Positions 48,659 to 59,850 of a stretch of DNA of 64,000 nt are shown piece by piece. Source of the DNA: an uncultured Rubrivirga sp. (GTDB taxonomy: Bacteria > Actinomycetota > Actinomycetes > S36-B12); contig CAZJYN010000002.1 in assembly GCA_964550285.1 (NCBI GenBank), forward strand, positions 3,646-67,645, written 5' to 3'. Made by a program: the position numbers and the translations under genes. The notes under the pieces were generated by a model. It did no database searches. It was not told the DNA's origin and saw only the letters and a program-made list of their open reading frames with translations. How positions within the stretch are numbered: position 1 is the first letter of the stretch; each line of letters starts with the position of its first letter.

Positions 48659-49939
48659 TCACGCCATAAGGCGTCGCTGCTTGCGCCCACGGATCCAGCG
48701 CACTGTGCTGACCAAGGCCAGCGCCGCACCGAATGTGAACACCGCCAGCCAGCCCCATGCGGTCGGGGACAGGGACGACAACGTCGGTTCACTCGGGGCA
48801 GCGGTGAGATCCGAACGCGCACTGGTCGGCTGCTGGGCGATCGCCGTCGCAGCCGGTTCGACCATGGACTCAGCGCTTGTGGTTTCGTCGGTAATGGGGT
48901 CCACGAGCGAACCGACGGGAACGATCTGATCGCGGTTATTGAATCCCCAGTTGAGGAGTTTCTTCGCGGCCTTGTCACTGGGCTCACGGATTCCCATGAG
49001 GGTCACGATCAAGGTCCGACCATCGCGCTCCGCAGCCCCGATGAAGGTGCGGCCGGCCTTGCTGGTGAAACCGGTCTTCACCCCGACCGCGCCTCGATAG
49101 TCATCCATCACCAGATCGTTTTGGTTGTAGATGTCGATCGGCTTCTTGCGCTTCTTCTTGGGGTTCGGGAACTCGGCCTTCTTGGTCGTTGCGTACTTAC
49201 GGAAATCCTCCCGCTGCAAGGCGGCTCGCGCGATCAGGGTGAGGTCGTAGGCAGTGGAGAACTGCCCTTTGGCATCCAGCCCACTGGTGTTGGCCACCGT
49301 GGTGTTGTACGCCTGGAGCCCTTGGGCAACCTCGTTCATTTGCTCGACCGTCTTGGGCACCGTGGAGCCTGCTTGCGCCAGCGCGATGGCCGCATCGTTG
49401 CCGCTGGGCAGCATCAACCCGTAGAACAGTTGATCGATCGTGTACTCCCGACCCTTCTTGATTCCCACCTTGCTGCCGTAAGTGTTCGCAGCGCGCGACG
49501 TGCCCGTCCACGTCGCCTCCGGGTCGAGTTGAGGCAGCAGGGTCAAGGCGGTGAGCGTCTTGATGGTGCTGGCTGGACGTCGCTCCTTGTGCGCCTTCTT
49601 AGCGGCGAGGACCTCACCGGTCGTGGCATCGGCCAGTACCCAGGTGCGGGCCTTGACCTTCGGCAGATCCTTGGCACCTCCCGACAGGTCCACGACCGGA
49701 CCCTTCAAGGCGAGCTTGGCTCCCCCGAGAACCGGCTCATCGGTGGCGTCGTCGTCGTTTGTGGCGTCGTCGTCGTTGCTCCCCGCGTCGGCCGCAGAGC
49801 CGTCGAGTTCCACCAGCGGAGCGGGAGTGGGGACCGGATCCTGCGCGGTAGCCGACGGGACCGTGAGGCCTAGCGCGGCGAGGACGGCTGCTGCGCACAA
49901 GCCGGCACGGGCAAGCCGAGAGGACGTGGGAAGGCGCAT
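48659..49939 (-). CDS. D-alanyl-D-alanine carboxypeptidase (S11 penicillin-binding protein) with C-terminal membrane anchor
   Basis: 426 aa. Signal peptide, SxxK (ASTIKTL), SxN (PSGNDAA) and KTG (VKTGFT) motifs, and a C-terminal TM helix. Confidence 0.85.
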   Translation of the reverse strand: MRLPTSSRLARAGLCAAAVLAALGLTVPSATAQDPVPTPAPLVELDGSAADAGSNDDDATNDDDATDEPVLGGAKLALKGPVVDLSGGAKDLPKVKARTWVLADATTGEVLAAKKAHKERRPASTIKTLTALTLLPQLDPEATWTGTSRAANTYGSKVGIKKGREYTIDQLFYGLMLPSGNDAAIALAQAGSTVPKTVEQMNEVAQGLQAYNTTVANTSGLDAKGQFSTAYDLTLIARAALQREDFRKYATTKKAEFPNPKKKRKKPIDIYNQNDLVMDDYRGAVGVKTGFTSKAGRTFIGAAERDGRTLIVTLMGIREPSDKAAKKLLNWGFNNRDQIVPVGSLVDPITDETTSAESMVEPAATAIAQQPTSARSDLTAAPSEPTLSSLSPTAWGWLAVFTFGAALALVSTVRWIRGRKQRRLMA

Positions 49940-50028
49940 AGACCGGTCATGGTACGCCGACGCCCCTGCTGACCGCTCGACGTCAACCGGGCGTGGTCAC
50001 TGAGGGGCCGCCAGTTACCGGTATCGCC

Positions 50029-51615
50029 CTAGTGGAAGAAGTGCCGCGTTCCGGTGAAGTACATCGACACGCCGGCGTCACGGGCAGCGGCGATCACCTC
50101 GTCATCACGCATCGAGCCACCGGGTTGGACAACCGCCCGGATTCCGGACTCCGTGAGGACGGCGAGGCCATCGGGGAACGGGAAGAAGGCATCGGAGGCC
50201 GCAACCGAGCCAGCCGCCCGATCGCCGGCTCGTTCGACGGCGAGCCGGGCCGAATCCACCCGATTCACCTGCCCCATGCCGATACCGACCGCTGCACCCT
50301 CGCGGGCCAACAAGATCGCGTTGGACTTCACCGACCGGCACGCAGTCCACGCGAACTGCAGGTCACGAAGCGTGGCCGGATCCACCGGATCACCCGTGAC
50401 CAGTTGCCACTCACCGCAATCATCCCCTGGCGCCGCGACATCGTCGATGGACTGCACGAGCATTCCGCCCGAGACTGTCCGTCCCTCGTGGCGGCGCCCT
50501 GGATGCGGTCCAGCCACTCGCAGGATTCGCAGGTTCTTCTTGCGTTGCAAGTGCTCGAGGGCGTCGTCGTCGTAGTCCGGCGCGACGATGACTTCGGTGA
50601 ACACTTCGTCCATCGCTTCGACCAACTCGCGGGTGACCGCGCGATTGACGGCTACCACTCCACCGAACGCCGAGACCGGATCGGTGGCGAACGCCTTGCG
50701 GTAGGCCTCTTCGATATCCAGACCGATGGCAACACCACATGGATTGGCGTGTTTGATGATCGCAACCGCAGGATCGATGAAATCGAAGGCCGCTCGCCTG
50801 GCTGCATCGGCATCGACGAAGTTGTTGTAACTCATTTGCTTGCCGTGCAATTGCTCGGCGGATGCGATGCCCGGTTCGCGGGTATGCGCCACGTAGACCG
50901 CCGCACTCTGGTGCGGGTTCTCGCCGTAGCGAAGTACATCGCGTCGGGACCAGGCCGCACCCAACCAATGCGGGAACTCCGCGTTCTCTTGGCCCTCGTG
51001 CTCCACGACCTCTACGACCTCCGAAGCCATCCAGGTGGCAACGGCGATGTCGTAGGACGCGGTGTGCGAGAAGGCCTCCGCCGACAGCGCCGCCCGTTGC
51101 GATGCGGTGAAGCCACCCTGCCCGAGGGATTCGATCACCAACTCATAGCGCTCCGGCGAGACGATGACTGCCACGTTCGCGAAGTTCTTGGCAGCTGCTC
51201 GCACCATCGCCGGGCCGCCGATGTCGATCTGCTCGACGCACTCTTCGGTAGTCGCACCGGAGGCAACTGTCTGGGTGAACGGATACAGGTTCACTACGAG
51301 GAGTTCGAATGGACTGATCTCGAGATCTTCGAGTTGGCGACGATGGTCCTCCTTGCGCAAGTCGGCGAGCAGGCCTGCGTGTATCGCAGGGTGCAGTGTC
51401 TTCACGCGACCATCGAGGCATTCGGGGAATCCCGTCACATCTCCCACCGAGGTCACAGGGACTCCCGCCTCGGCGATCACCCCCGCGGTGCTGCCGGTGG
51501 ACACGATCTCCACACCCGCGGCGTGCAGCCCGCGCGCCAATTCCGGCAGGTGGGTCTTGTCGTACACCGAAACGAGCGCTCGGCGCACCGGTTTCCGACC
51601 ATCATGCTCACTCAC
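50029..51615 (-). CDS. purH: bifunctional AICAR transformylase/IMP cyclohydrolase
   Basis: 528 aa. N-terminal MGS-like domain ([11 protein letters not shown]) and a C-terminus ending in [11 protein letters not shown]. Confidence 0.95.
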   Translation of the reverse strand: MSEHDGRKPVRRALVSVYDKTHLPELARGLHAAGVEIVSTGSTAGVIAEAGVPVTSVGDVTGFPECLDGRVKTLHPAIHAGLLADLRKEDHRRQLEDLEISPFELLVVNLYPFTQTVASGATTEECVEQIDIGGPAMVRAAAKNFANVAVIVSPERYELVIESLGQGGFTASQRAALSAEAFSHTASYDIAVATWMASEVVEVVEHEGQENAEFPHWLGAAWSRRDVLRYGENPHQSAAVYVAHTREPGIASAEQLHGKQMSYNNFVDADAARRAAFDFIDPAVAIIKHANPCGVAIGLDIEEAYRKAFATDPVSAFGGVVAVNRAVTRELVEAMDEVFTEVIVAPDYDDDALEHLQRKKNLRILRVAGPHPGRRHEGRTVSGGMLVQSIDDVAAPGDDCGEWQLVTGDPVDPATLRDLQFAWTACRSVKSNAILLAREGAAVGIGMGQVNRVDSARLAVERAGDRAAGSVAASDAFFPFPDGLAVLTESGIRAVVQPGGSMRDDEVIAAARDAGVSMYFTGTRHFFH

Positions 51616-52202
51616 CGAAATTCCACCGACCTTCCTGTCACCGTCACTCCCCCATCGATGAGTCTTTCCAGCACATCCACCAGAAGTACTCGCTCGACCT
51701 GCTTGATCCGTTCATGCAAGGAGGCGTCGTCGTCGTGGGGTTCTACGAAAACTGGCTGCTGGGCCAGGATCGGTCCGGTATCGACCCCGGCATCCACCAG
51801 ATGGACGGTGCAACCGCTAACCCGCACGCCGTATTCCAAGGAACTGCGCACCGCATGCGCCCCGGGGAACGCCGGAAGCAGCGATGGGTGGGAATTCACG
51901 ATGCGCCCGGCGAAGCGATCGAGCACCCGCTCACCCACGATGCGCATGAAACCTGCGCACACCACCCAATCCGGATCCAAGGACTGCAGTCGGTCGGCGA
52001 GTTCGCCATCCCAATCCTCCCGGTTCGCACCGACGGGAACAGCGAACGTGGGCACCGAGGCGCTTTCCGCACGCGTCAGTGCTCGGCATCCAGGCACATC
52101 GCTGCCGACAGCGACGATGCCAGGTGCCAGCGGCGAGTCAAGAAGGGCCTGGAGCAGCGTTCCCTCACCCGATGCGAGGACGACGATCCGAGCCGCAGGC
52201 AC
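51612..52202 (-). CDS. purN: phosphoribosylglycinamide formyltransferase
   Basis: 196 aa. [37 protein letters not shown] and SGCTVHLVD motifs. Overlaps the purH start. Confidence 0.9.
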   Translation of the reverse strand: MPAARIVVLASGEGTLLQALLDSPLAPGIVAVGSDVPGCRALTRAESASVPTFAVPVGANREDWDGELADRLQSLDPDWVVCAGFMRIVGERVLDRFAGRIVNSHPSLLPAFPGAHAVRSSLEYGVRVSGCTVHLVDAGVDTGPILAQQPVFVEPHDDDASLHERIKQVERVLLVDVLERLIDGGVTVTGRSVEFR

Positions 52203-52231
52203 GATGTGAGCCTAGTGCGAGCACACGCGGG

Positions 52232-52930
52232 TCAGTCGAGCACCGGTTCCTCGTTGAAGGTGCGGTACAGGTACGCCGTGAACAGCGTGGCGAACGGCAA
52301 GGTAAGCAAGGTCAAGATGCCGAAGAACAAGCCCCCGAGCACAAGCACCAACGCATTGAGCACGGTCATTAAGAAGGCCGCGGCCAAGTTGCGCCTGATG
52401 GCTTGGGCGCTGGCTACGAGTGCTTCGCGTACTCCCATCCCGCGATCGAGCACGTAATAGGGGCCGAGTTGGAAGAAGAAGATCACCAGTAGGCCGGGAA
52501 GGATGCACAGCAAGATCCCGAACCCGGCCAAGAAGGCGTAGACCAGTTGGAACAGCAGGTACCGGCCCAGGTTGGTGCCATCGAACAAGGCATCGAAGCC
52601 CACGAGTTGACCCCGGGTCGCGCGTAGGGCGCCGCGAATCACCCCGACGGTCACGATGATGGTGACGATGGCGAACAGCAGGGTCAATGCTCCGGAGGTC
52701 AGCGCCTGATTCGCCAGAGCGCTCGTGCACGCGGCCTGCTGTCCGGGGGTTTGGGGATCGGCGCACTGGTTCACCACATCGTTCAACGGGCGCAGACTGA
52801 TCTGCTGCAGGAACTGAACAGCGGTGACGATCGCGGCGAGCGCTACGAAAGCCAGCAGATTGGTTCGAAAGGTCCGAACCGACCACAGCGCAGCGCCACG
52901 CACCTGCGCCCGCGGATCCGGCTCATCCAT
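52232..52930 (-). CDS. integral membrane protein, function unknown
   Basis: Trimmed to MDEPDPRAQ..., about 5-6 TM helices. 8-nt overlap with the upstream PerM-like gene. Confidence 0.55.
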   Translation of the reverse strand: MDEPDPRAQVRGAALWSVRTFRTNLLAFVALAAIVTAVQFLQQISLRPLNDVVNQCADPQTPGQQAACTSALANQALTSGALTLLFAIVTIIVTVGVIRGALRATRGQLVGFDALFDGTNLGRYLLFQLVYAFLAGFGILLCILPGLLVIFFFQLGPYYVLDRGMGVREALVASAQAIRRNLAAAFLMTVLNALVLVLGGLFFGILTLLTLPFATLFTAYLYRTFNEEPVLD

Positions 52931-54248
52931 TCGCCACCTCGGCATCCACCGCTTGCAGTTTTCGTGTTCGACGCTTCGCCCGCAGGACACTGGTCGGCAG
53001 CGCGCCGACCGTCAATGCCGCACCGGCCAACAAGGCACCGAGGGAGGGATCGGGGCCTACCTGGCCGAGTCGACCGTCACCGAGTGACCCGCTCGCGGCG
53101 AACAGCAAGATGAAGACGACGCCGGAGGCGAGCAACGCCGCCAGCGAAGAGATACACACCCGCACCAACGGGCCTTCTCGCGCCGCGAAGCGGGAGACCG
53201 ACAACCCGGCCAGGCCTCCGGCGAGCACGGTCAACGCCGGGAACGCCCACACCAAAGGTGCGCTGGTCTGCGGTAGCGCTGCCAGGGGCGGGAAAGCCGG
53301 CAGGGCAGTCGGGGCGACCGCCGATACGAAGGGAGAGAACAGCACATCGGGTCCGAACCCGATACCCGCACCGAGCAGGTAGGACATCGACCAGATGACC
53401 ATGGTGGGTACGAAGGCCAAGGTCACGATGGTTAGGACCACGGCATCGAAGAACGTGGGCGACAACGACGCCATCAGGTTCGCGATCTCTCCGAAGGATG
53501 ACGCGACCGCTGCTACCAGCAGCAAGCTCGCGAAGCCAATGAGTGCGGCAACGGCGATGCTGCTGGCGCGCACGGCGATCACAATCAGATCCGGGATCCG
53601 CGCAAACAGCGAACGCACGAGATCGCTCGAGCGCCAGATTCCCGATCCGATCGAGACAGCACTGACGAGCGTTGCGGCGATCACCGCCCGACGCGCGCTG
53701 GTTTGCACAGCCGGGGTGTCCGCGACTACGGAGACCGCAGCAACGAAGAAGGTCCCAAGCCCCACGGTGATGATCCAGGCGGCCAGCACCGTCACGATCC
53801 GACGCGGCCTGATCACCCGCACCAGCCAGCGACCGGCTTGGTGGCCCAGCAGCGCGGGAATCAGCAGCAGGCCCCACGGCAGCAGCGAATAATCGACACC
53901 GAGTAGCCGCACGGGCACCCCGTAGGCCATCACCCACACGCTCCCGGTGACCGCCGCGGCTTGCGACCAAGGTCCCGGCGGTTCCACTCCACCCCACCAG
54001 GCACCCGCGACCGGCAACGCGATGATCGCTAGGCCGACCACGGCTACCGAGAGTGCGGCGATCGGGGCTGCGACGGCAGGGGAACGGCCGATGCGTTCTG
54101 TGAGCTGGGCAAGGCGCCGCCCTTGCCGACGCCCGAAACGGCGGATGCGTAGCAGCAATCGGCCGACCGCCGCCAGCATCCGCAACGGCCACGGCAGCAC
54201 CGGGACCGGTGGCGCAGCGCCCTGCCGGTCGACCGTGGGCGCACTCAC
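52923..54248 (-). CDS. polytopic membrane protein, PerM/DUF6350-like
   Basis: 441 aa, at least 10 TM helices. The position between sucCD and purN matches my recollection of perM (Rv0955) in M. tuberculosis. Chosen over the alternative-frame ORF 53077-54258 on composition. Confidence 0.55.
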   Translation of the reverse strand: MSAPTVDRQGAAPPVPVLPWPLRMLAAVGRLLLRIRRFGRRQGRRLAQLTERIGRSPAVAAPIAALSVAVVGLAIIALPVAGAWWGGVEPPGPWSQAAAVTGSVWVMAYGVPVRLLGVDYSLLPWGLLLIPALLGHQAGRWLVRVIRPRRIVTVLAAWIITVGLGTFFVAAVSVVADTPAVQTSARRAVIAATLVSAVSIGSGIWRSSDLVRSLFARIPDLIVIAVRASSIAVAALIGFASLLLVAAVASSFGEIANLMASLSPTFFDAVVLTIVTLAFVPTMVIWSMSYLLGAGIGFGPDVLFSPFVSAVAPTALPAFPPLAALPQTSAPLVWAFPALTVLAGGLAGLSVSRFAAREGPLVRVCISSLAALLASGVVFILLFAASGSLGDGRLGQVGPDPSLGALLAGAALTVGALPTSVLRAKRRTRKLQAVDAEVANG

Positions 54249-54294
54249 CTTCCAACACTGCCAGGCAGGTGGCTGCCTTCAGGGCAGGGACACG

Positions 54295-55053
54295 CTAGCC
54301 ACGGATGACCAACCACAGACTCGCCAGCGCGCTGAGCACCAACGCGATGCGTTCGAACCACACCTGGTTCATCCGCCGAAAGGTCGCAATCCCGATCAAG
54401 GATCCGGCGATCATCGCAGGGGCGAACCACAAGTTGGCGATCAGCGATTGTTGGGTGATCAATCCCAGCGGTATGACGAAGGGCAGTTTGATCAGGTTCA
54501 AGATGAAGAAGAACCACACGCTCGTGCCCATGAACGCGAGCATCGGAACGCGCATCTTGACTAGGTAGAGCGTCATCGCGGGACCGCCGGCATTCACTGC
54601 CAAGGTGGTGACCCCGGTCAATGCGCCGTAGAAGCCCGCTTCCACCCGACGCTCCGTCCCACCCTCGGCTCGCTGGCCCAACTGTGGGTTACGTCGTCGT
54701 TGGACTTCGAGTACGACCGAGAAGAGCAACAACACACCGATCACCCTGGCGATCGTGGACTGGGATGCGAAGGCGAACAGCAACGCGGTCAACACGAAGC
54801 CGACCAGAACCCCCGGAACGATGCGTCGCATCACCGGCCAATCGGCGTGCTGGCGGAAGTACAGCAAGCCCATGAGGTCGCCGAGCAGCAACAGTGGGAC
54901 CGCGAAGCCGGCGGCAGCAGTCGGACCGAGGGCCACCGCCAGGATCGGGCCGGCGACCACTCCGAAGACGGGACCGGCCGTCTTGGAAAAGCCGTAGACG
55001 GCTATGGCGAGTGCGACGGCACCGATGAGGAGCGGCGTCCAGGTCTCGGGCAC
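54295..55053 (-). CDS. TauE/SafE-family anion (sulfite-type) exporter
   Basis: 252 aa, about 8 TM helices, with the internal duplication typical of the TauE/TSUP family. Confidence 0.7.
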   Translation of the reverse strand: MPETWTPLLIGAVALAIAVYGFSKTAGPVFGVVAGPILAVALGPTAAAGFAVPLLLLGDLMGLLYFRQHADWPVMRRIVPGVLVGFVLTALLFAFASQSTIARVIGVLLLFSVVLEVQRRRNPQLGQRAEGGTERRVEAGFYGALTGVTTLAVNAGGPAMTLYLVKMRVPMLAFMGTSVWFFFILNLIKLPFVIPLGLITQQSLIANLWFAPAMIAGSLIGIATFRRMNQVWFERIALVLSALASLWLVIRG

Positions 55054-55091
55054 CGACGGGCCCTACCCGGCACTTCGCACAGGCTGGTGCT

Positions 55092-55961
55092 TCACCCGCC
55101 CATGACCTCGCGCATCAGTCGGGCGGTCGCGCTGGGAGTACGTCCGACTTTCACGCCCACCGCTTCGAGTGCCTCCTGCTTGGCGGCAGCCGTGCCGGCC
55201 GAGCCGGAGACGATCGCGCCGGCGTGGCCCATCGTCTTTCCCTCCGGGGCGGTGAAGCCGGCCACGTACCCGACCACCGGCTTAGTGACGTTCTCGGCGA
55301 TGAAGGCCGCGGCGCGTTCCTCCGCATCACCACCGATCTCACCGATCATGACGATGGCATCGGTTTCCGGATCCTCTTCGAAGGCAGCGAGGCAGTCGAT
55401 GTGGGTGGTACCGATGATGGGGTCGCCACCGATGCCCACGCAGGTCGAGAAGCCGATATCGCGCAGCTCGTACATCATCTGGTAGGTCAACGTGCCGGAC
55501 TTGGACACCAAGCCGATGCGACCGGGGCGGGTGATGTCCGCGGGGATGATCCCGGCGTTGGACTGTCCGGGACTGATGATGCCCGGGCAGTTCGGCCCGA
55601 TCATCCGCGTGCCGCCTGAGTTCTGGGCGTACTGGAAGAACTGCGCGGTGTCGTGCACCGGGATGCCCTCGGTAATGACCACACACAGCGGAATCGACGC
55701 ATCCACCGCTTCCTCTACTGCGCCCTTGGCGAACTTGGGGGGAACGAAGACGACGCTGACGTTCGCGCCGGTTTGCTCCATCGCCGTGGCGACGTCGTTG
55801 TAGATCGGGATGCCATCGACGTCCTGGCCTTCCTTGCCCGGGGTCACGCCGGCCACCACCTGCGCACCGCTGGCGATCATGCGGCGGGTGTGCTTGGTGC
55901 CCTCGGATCCGGTCATGCCCTGGACGAGGATCTTGCTGCTTGAATCCAGCCAGATGGCCAT
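55092..55961 (-). CDS. sucD: succinate--CoA ligase subunit alpha
   Basis: 289 aa. [18 protein letters not shown] and the phospho-His context MGHAGAIV. Confidence 0.95.
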   Translation of the reverse strand: MAIWLDSSSKILVQGMTGSEGTKHTRRMIASGAQVVAGVTPGKEGQDVDGIPIYNDVATAMEQTGANVSVVFVPPKFAKGAVEEAVDASIPLCVVITEGIPVHDTAQFFQYAQNSGGTRMIGPNCPGIISPGQSNAGIIPADITRPGRIGLVSKSGTLTYQMMYELRDIGFSTCVGIGGDPIIGTTHIDCLAAFEEDPETDAIVMIGEIGGDAEERAAAFIAENVTKPVVGYVAGFTAPEGKTMGHAGAIVSGSAGTAAAKQEALEAVGVKVGRTPSATARLMREVMGG

Positions 55962-55971
55962 TTGTTGTTCC

Positions 55972-57159
55972 CTACTTTCCTGCCGAGCGAGCGGCTGCGA
56001 GTTCGGCGACCCGGCGGGCGGCGTCGTCCATGGTTTCCACGAGTTCGATGAGGTCGTGCTCGGCCTGTTCCAAGATGCGACGTCCTTCTTCGGCGTTATT
56101 GCCGTCGATGCGGCACACGATCGGCTTGGTGACGGCTTCGCCGCGCTCGGCGAGCATCGTCATCGCCTGCACGATGCCATTGGCGACCGCGTCACAGGCG
56201 GTGATGCCGCCGAAGACATTGACGAACACCGCTTCCACCCCGGGATCACCGAGGACGATGTCCAAGCCGTTGGCCATCACCTCGGCCGACGCCCCGCCAC
56301 CGATATCCAGGAAGTTCGCCGGCTGGACTCCACCGAACTCCTCACCGGCGTAGGCGACGACATCCAGCGTGCTCATTACCAAACCGGCGCCGTTCCCGAT
56401 GATGCCGACGGATCCGTCGAGCTTGACGTAGTTGAGGTCCAATTCGCCTGCACGCAATTCGATCGGATCGGTTCCCTCGGTATCGATCAGCGCTTCATGA
56501 TCGGGGTGCCGGAAGGCGGCGTTGCCGTCGAGGGTGACCTTGCCGTCGAGCGCGAGCACGGTGCCATCCGGAGTCTGCACTAGAGGATTCACCTCGACCA
56601 GCGTCGCGTCCTCTTCGGTCAAGGTGCGCCAGAGGTCGACCAGGATGTCGGCCACTTGGCCGCGAATCGGCTCGGGGAAATCGGCCGCATCGGTGATCTG
56701 TCGGGCCAAGGCCGGGGAAACCCCCTCAAGGGCGTCCACCCGCATCCGCACGAGGGCTTCGGGCTTGGTCGCGGCGACCTCCTCGATATCGACGCCACCT
56801 TCCACGCTGGCCATCGCCAGGAAGGACCGATTGGTCCGGTCCAGCAGGAACGACACGTAGTACTCCTCGGCGATATCCGAGGCTTCGGCGACGAGCACGC
56901 GATGGACCGTGTGGCCCTTGATGTCCATGCCCAAGATGGCCTCGGCCTTCGCCTTGGCGTCGGCGGGATCCTCTGCGAGCTTGACTCCGCCGGCCTTGCC
57001 CCGACCGCCGGTCTTGACCTGCGCCTTCACCACGACCGGTCCACCGATCTGCTTGGCGATCGCTTCGGCTTCGTCGGCCGTGGTGCACACCGCACCGGAG
57101 GTGGTCGGCACCTGGTGCTTGGCGAACAAGTCCCTGGCCTGGTACTCGTACAGGTCCAC
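55972..57159 (-). CDS. sucC: succinate--CoA ligase subunit beta
   Basis: Start set to GTG at 57159 ([15 protein letters not shown], the canonical SucC N-terminus), 7 nt after GAGGAG. The 55-codon upstream extension in the ORF track is rejected. Confidence 0.9.
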   Translation of the reverse strand: MDLYEYQARDLFAKHQVPTTSGAVCTTADEAEAIAKQIGGPVVVKAQVKTGGRGKAGGVKLAEDPADAKAKAEAILGMDIKGHTVHRVLVAEASDIAEEYYVSFLLDRTNRSFLAMASVEGGVDIEEVAATKPEALVRMRVDALEGVSPALARQITDAADFPEPIRGQVADILVDLWRTLTEEDATLVEVNPLVQTPDGTVLALDGKVTLDGNAAFRHPDHEALIDTEGTDPIELRAGELDLNYVKLDGSVGIIGNGAGLVMSTLDVVAYAGEEFGGVQPANFLDIGGGASAEVMANGLDIVLGDPGVEAVFVNVFGGITACDAVANGIVQAMTMLAERGEAVTKPIVCRIDGNNAEEGRRILEQAEHDLIELVETMDDAARRVAELAAARSAGK

Positions 57160-57208
57160 AGTTCTCCTCGGGGGTTGGTGGCCCGTCAGATGCGGGCTTG
57201 GAGTGCTT

Positions 57209-57616
57209 CTACTTGAGCGCGCGGTCGGGGGCGTTCTGGTTGACCCAGTCGACCACTTCCTGGGTGGGGGTACCGGGGGTGAAGATTCGGGCGACGCCCA
57301 TCTCCTCAAGGGCGGGAATGTCACCCTCGGGAATGATGCCGCCGCCGAAGACCACTATGTCGGTGGCATCACTGGCCTTGAGCAAATCCATGACCTCGGC
57401 GAACAGCGTCATGTGCGCACCGGACAGGATGCTCATGCCGATGAAATCCGCGTCTTCGGACAGCGCCGCATCGACGACCTGCTGCGGAGTTTGATGCAAG
57501 CCGGTGTAGATGACCTCGACACCGGCATCGCGCAAGGCCCGCGCAATGACCTTCGCGCCACGATCGTGCCCATCGAGCCCGGGCTTGGCGACTACTACCC
57601 GAATCGGGCCAGCCAT
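57209..57616 (-). CDS. cobalamin (B12)-binding domain protein, methylmalonyl-CoA mutase small subunit
   Basis: Trimmed to [28 protein letters not shown]..., with GAAGGAGGG RBS. DxHxxG B12-binding motif (DGHDRG) and a Rossmann-like fold. 135 aa. Confidence 0.85.
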   Translation of the reverse strand: MAGPIRVVVAKPGLDGHDRGAKVIARALRDAGVEVIYTGLHQTPQQVVDAALSEDADFIGMSILSGAHMTLFAEVMDLLKASDATDIVVFGGGIIPEGDIPALEEMGVARIFTPGTPTQEVVDWVNQNAPDRALK

Positions 57617-57784
57617 GGCACGCCCTCCTTCGTCGAAGTCACATCGCACGTCGCTCTTGCGACCAGAACCCTACTCCCCCGCGCCGCGTAGGCTAAGGGG
57701 CGCAAGTCCACGGGGCCACCCCTTGGCACCCCCTTCACCGAAGCGTTGCCCGCACGTAACGCCGACCGACTCCGGAGACCAGCG

Positions 57785-58405
57785 ATGACGTCCTCTGCTG
57801 ACCACCTTGCCTCCCGCTCGGAGCCGGTGCGCATAGTTGCCATCGGCGGCAGCACCCGTCCGGGTTCGACCACGGAGATGGCATTGCGTTGCGCTGCAGC
57901 AGCCGCACAAGCCGAAGGCGCCGAAGTGACCTACGTGGTGGGTCGCGACCTGCTCCTGCCCATCTACGACGTCCAAACCAACGAACGCGATCCCGGAGCG
58001 CGAGCACTCGTCGATGCCGTCCGCCGAGCCGACGGCATCCTCATCGCCAGCCCGGGCTATCACGGCGGGATCAGCGGCATGGTCAAGAACGCCCTGGACT
58101 ACGTAGAGGATCTCGCCCACGACGATCCTGCCTATCTGCACGGCCGGGCGGTTGGTTGCATCTCGGTTGCTCATGGCTGGCAAGCCACAGTCGGCACCCT
58201 CGCGCAGATCCGGCAGACCGTGCACGCCTTGCGCGGCTGGCCCACACCGCTCGGAGCGACGGTAAACAGTCAGGTGACCTGGTTCGACGAGAACGCTGTT
58301 CCCAACGATCCGGCCGTCGCCGAGCAACTCGCCACGATCGGTCGCCAGGTGCTGGAGTTCGCGCGTATGCGCCATGGCTCATCGGAGCCGACCCCATCGG
58401 CGTGA
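57785..58405 (+). CDS. NAD(P)H-dependent FMN reductase-family flavoprotein
   Basis: Trimmed to MTSSADHL...VRIVAIGGSTRPGSTTE.... ASPGYHGGISGMVKNALD matches the flavodoxin-like FMN reductase pattern. Confidence 0.75.
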   Translation: MTSSADHLASRSEPVRIVAIGGSTRPGSTTEMALRCAAAAAQAEGAEVTYVVGRDLLLPIYDVQTNERDPGARALVDAVRRADGILIASPGYHGGISGMVKNALDYVEDLAHDDPAYLHGRAVGCISVAHGWQATVGTLAQIRQTVHALRGWPTPLGATVNSQVTWFDENAVPNDPAVAEQLATIGRQVLEFARMRHGSSEPTPSA

Positions 58406-58467
58406 GTCGCCTCACAGGCTCGACCTTCCCGCTCTCGGCTCCCCCGTCCCGGGTCTAGGGTGCGGCC

Positions 58468-59850
58468 ATGGCCGCGAGTCCCGGATACACGAACGTCTTT
58501 CGAATAGTGGCGACCCCGGAACTGCATGCTTCCGGTGCGATCGTCAGCGCCGTCGCGATGTCCGGTGCAGTCATTACCGGCCTAGACGTGGTCGATCCTG
58601 GACACGAATCGGTCGTCTTGGATCTGTCGTGCACCACTCGTGATGCCGGCCACGTCGAACTAGTCCGGGCCGCTTTGGATCGTCTCGATGGCTGCCACGT
58701 GGAGAAGGTCAGCGACTCCACCTTCTTGATCCACCTCGGCGGCAAGATCAAGGTCGAGCTCAAAGCACCCCTGCGCAACCGCACCGATCTGGCGCGGGCC
58801 TACACACCCGGTGTCGCGCGGGTCTGCTTGGCGATCCGCGACAACCCAGAAGACGCCCGCAACTTGACCATCAAGCGCAACTCGGTCGCGGTCGTCACCG
58901 ATGGCACCGCCGTACTCGGTCTCGGTGACATCGGACCGAAGGCGGCAATGCCCGTTATGGAGGGCAAGGCCGCGCTATTCAAGCGCTTCGCCAACGTCGA
59001 CGCATGGCCCATCTGCCTGGACACGAAGGACACCGACGAGATCGTTCGTGCAGTGGAACTGATCGCACCAGGGTTCGGGGGCATCAACCTCGAGGACATC
59101 TCCGCCCCGAGGTGCTTTGAGATCGAACGCCGGCTGCGTGAGCGGCTCGACATACCCGTCTTCCACGATGATCAGCACGGCACGGCCGTTGTCGTTCTCG
59201 CTGCCTTGATCAACGCCCTTCGACTCGTCGACAAGCAGATGTCGGAACTGAAGGTCGTGATGATCGGCGCGGGTGCCGCTGGCGCCGCTGTGGCACGGCT
59301 ATTGATGGATTCCGGTGTTCGGGACATCATCTTGTTCGACTCCAAGGGGCCGATCTACCCCGATCGGCCCGGCCTGGACGAGGATCGCGCGGCCCTCGCC
59401 GAGATCACGAACCCGCGCAGGCACACGGGGACTATCCCCGAGGCGATGGAAGGAGCCGATGTCTTCATCGGACTCAGCCAGCCGAACCTGATCGCCGGTG
59501 CGGACGTCGAACGGATGGCTGACAACGCGATCGTCTTCGCGCTGGCCAATCCCGATCCGGAGATCGATCCGGTGATCGCTGCTAAATATGCGGCCGTTGT
59601 AGCCACCGGCCGCAGCGACTACCCCAACCAGATCAACAACGTCCTCGCCTTCCCTGGTCTGTTCCGTGGCTTGCTCGATGCAGGGGCCCACAAGATCACG
59701 AACGCTGCCTTGATCGCAGCCGCCAATGCCATCGCCGAAGTCGTCACAGACGATGCCCTCTCACCCATCTACATCGTGCCGAGCGTGTTCGACGAGGACG
59801 TTGCTCCAGCAGTCGCCGATGCAGTGACCAAGGCCGCGGACTCGAACTAG
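58468..59850 (+). CDS. NAD(P)-dependent malic enzyme with N-terminal ACT-like domain
   Basis: 460 aa. The C-terminal ~385 aa carry the malic-enzyme core ([39 protein letters not shown]). The first ~75 aa look like a small regulatory domain. Confidence 0.85.
   Translation: MAASPGYTNVFRIVATPELHASGAIVSAVAMSGAVITGLDVVDPGHESVVLDLSCTTRDAGHVELVRAALDRLDGCHVEKVSDSTFLIHLGGKIKVELKAPLRNRTDLARAYTPGVARVCLAIRDNPEDARNLTIKRNSVAVVTDGTAVLGLGDIGPKAAMPVMEGKAALFKRFANVDAWPICLDTKDTDEIVRAVELIAPGFGGINLEDISAPRCFEIERRLRERLDIPVFHDDQHGTAVVVLAALINALRLVDKQMSELKVVMIGAGAAGAAVARLLMDSGVRDIILFDSKGPIYPDRPGLDEDRAALAEITNPRRHTGTIPEAMEGADVFIGLSQPNLIAGADVERMADNAIVFALANPDPEIDPVIAAKYAAVVATGRSDYPNQINNVLAFPGLFRGLLDAGAHKITNAALIAAANAIAEVVTDDALSPIYIVPSVFDEDVAPAVADAVTKAADSN

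Noticed and set aside
49993-52209. 738-aa ORF on the + strand, the longest ORF in this part of the window; at first sight a candidate large novel protein.
   Set aside because: It is entirely antisense to purH and purN, whose translations carry unmistakable family motifs. Its own translation is Arg/Gly/His/Asp/Pro-rich with no recognisable motif, which is the usual shadow-ORF artefact of high-GC DNA.
53077-54258. 393-aa minus-strand ORF in an alternative frame to the PerM-like gene; also 39680-40792 (370 aa) and 37622-38653 (343 aa) in alternative frames of the E1/E2 genes.
   Set aside because: The alternative frames give Arg/Pro/Gly-dominated, non-hydrophobic sequences. The chosen frames give coherent TM helices or dehydrogenase motifs.
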